Positions 62,711 to 64,000 of a stretch of 64,000 nucleotides of DNA are shown here, in pieces (position 1 is the first letter of the stretch; every line of letters begins with the position of its first letter). Source of the stretch: Burkholderiales bacterium (GTDB lineage: Bacteria; Pseudomonadota; Gammaproteobacteria; Burkholderiales; SG8-39); assembly GCA_035519135.1 (NCBI GenBank), contig DATIWX010000125.1, positions 2,576-66,575 of the forward strand, read 5' to 3'. Made by a program: the position numbers and the translations under genes. The notes beneath the pieces were generated by a model. It was not told the origin of the DNA. It made no database searches and was given only the letters and a program-made list of their open reading frames with translations.

Positions 62711-63312
62711 AGTGTTGAAACGATATTTTCAACTATCTTCTTAACTTCCTCTACCGGCCTTTGGCCGTCGACGACCCGCACGCGACCCGGATCTCCAGCG
62801 GCGCGCTCCAAGTATCCGCCTCGGACACGCTCGAAGTAGCCCCGGTTCTCAGACTCGAATCGATCCGCCCGTTCCCGGGACAGACGAGCAAGAGCAACCT
62901 CGACCGGGACGTCGAAGACCAGCGTCAAGTCGGGCTTCAGTCCGGTCTGGACCCAATGCTCCAGAGCCGCGATCCGGTCCATCGCCATCCCCCCGCCCGA
63001 GCCTTGGTAGGCGTAGGTCGCGTCGGTGAAGCGGTCGGAGATGACCCAACGCCCTGCCGCCAGTCCCGGCTCGATCACCCGGGCAATGTGCTCCCGGCGG
63101 GCGGCAAACATCAACAGCGTCTCGGTGTCGATATGCATCACCTGAGAGAGCAGCATCGCACGGAGCTGCTCGCCGAGGGGCGTACCGCCCGGTTCGCGGG
63201 TGACGACGACTTCCCTGCCCTTGCCGCGCAGAAAATCGGCGATGCCCCGGATGTGGGTGCTCTTTCCAGCGCCATCGATACCCTCGAGCGTGATGAACTT
63301 GCCGCGACTCAT
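62707..63312 (-). CDS. tmk: dTMP (thymidylate) kinase
   Basis: 201 aa. It has the P-loop 'ITLEGIDGAGKST' and 'SDRFTDATYAYQG'. Confidence 0.92.
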   Translation of the reverse strand: MSRGKFITLEGIDGAGKSTHIRGIADFLRGKGREVVVTREPGGTPLGEQLRAMLLSQVMHIDTETLLMFAARREHIARVIEPGLAAGRWVISDRFTDATYAYQGSGGGMAMDRIAALEHWVQTGLKPDLTLVFDVPVEVALARLSRERADRFESENRGYFERVRGGYLERAAGDPGRVRVVDGQRPVEEVKKIVENIVSTL

Positions 63313-64000
63313 GGAACCGCCCGCCGGCGCGCGCCCGGCATCTGGTATCTCGCGACCGCCCTATTGTGCTCGATGAGCGTTCGCGAGAACTCGCTGGTTC
63401 CGTCCCCGCGCGAGACAAAATACAGGGCGTCGCTCTTCGCCGGATGCGTCACCGCGGTGAGGGACGCGAGCCCCGGCATGGCGATCGGGTGCGGGGGCAG
63501 ACCCAAGCGCGTGTAGGTGTTGAAGGGCGTGTCCCGCACCAGGTCCCGCTTGCGCAGGTTGCCGTCGAACTCCTCCCCCATGCCGTAGATGACGCTCGGA
63601 TCGGTCTGGAGCTTCATCTTGAGGCGCAGGCGGTTGGTGAACACCGCCGCCACCATCGCGCGATCGCTCGAGCGGCCGGTTTCCTTCTCGACGATCGAGG
63701 CGAGAATGAGGGCCTCGTACGGATCGCCGACCGGCAAGCCGACGTCGCGTGTTGCCCAGGCGGCCTCGAGCTGCCTTTTCATCGCGCGGCGCGCGCGCGC
63801 CAGCACCGCCAGGTCGCTGGACCCCTTGGCGAAGATGTAGGTATCGGGAAAGAACATTCCCTCGGCCACGCTCCCCGCATCTCCCAGCTTCTCCATGATC
63901 GCTGCCTCGGTCAGGCCGGCGCTGTCGTGCTTCAGGTCGGGGTGCCCTCCCATCGCCTCGCGCATCTGGCGAAAGGTCCAGCCCTCCGGGAACAGAATTT
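63309..64000 (-). CDS. mltG: Endolytic murein transglycosylase MltG (YceG-like), N-terminally truncated by the window edge
   Basis: The reading frame is open to position 64000 ('...ILFPEGWTFRQMREAM...'). Motifs include 'EGMFFPDTY', 'LASIVEKE' and 'LPPHPIAMPG'. Confidence 0.88.
   Translation of the reverse strand, partial: ILFPEGWTFRQMREAMGGHPDLKHDSAGLTEAAIMEKLGDAGSVAEGMFFPDTYIFAKGSSDLAVLARARRAMKRQLEAAWATRDVGLPVGDPYEALILASIVEKETGRSSDRAMVAAVFTNRLRLKMKLQTDPSVIYGMGEEFDGNLRKRDLVRDTPFNTYTRLGLPPHPIAMPGLASLTAVTHPAKSDALYFVSRGDGTSEFSRTLIEHNRAVARYQMPGARRRAVP

Noticed and set aside
1-64000. Search for CRISPR arrays, tRNA/rRNA genes, IS elements, integrases, prophage or defence-island hallmarks, and toxin-antitoxin pairs.
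   Set aside because: I saw no spaced direct repeats, no tRNA-like sequence in the few intergenic gaps (all 205 bp or shorter), and no transposase, integrase or phage-like ORFs. The window reads as core or metabolic chromosome rather than a mobile or defence island.

Overview
This is a very G+C-rich, densely packed bacterial chromosomal segment. Third codon positions are almost always G/C, and many long antisense ORFs are composition artefacts. The gene content points to a betaproteobacterial (Burkholderiales-like) genome: eight Bug/TctC-type solute receptors, a DUF3460-like small gene and mltG-tmk-holB-tatD synteny. I support about 58 protein-coding genes. I found no rRNA, tRNA, CRISPR array, IS element or prophage. 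Most of the window consists of 'Bug receptor + enzyme' metabolic modules. It also holds two-component and c-di-GMP signalling genes, a LivKHMGF-type ABC importer, and housekeeping genes (gor, gdh, pcm, cfa, tmk, holB, mltG). A complete SOS mutagenesis cassette (lexA-imuA-imuB-dnaE2) sits behind a perfect CTGT-N8-ACAG box. The observations most worth a second look are:
- a twice-repeated, translationally coupled pairing of a LigB-type extradiol dioxygenase with a short single-barrel MetE-family zinc alkyltransferase;
- a third copy of that MetE-like gene fused into a response-regulator / binding-protein / hybrid-kinase operon;
- a bacterial lipoprotein with an endostatin-like domain;
- a MIOX-like HD-domain oxygenase in a Bug/M20/CMD cluster;
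- an orphan molybdo-hydroxylase large subunit;
- a roughly 100-bp AT-rich islet.
All functional calls rest on motif recognition by eye. No database search was run.
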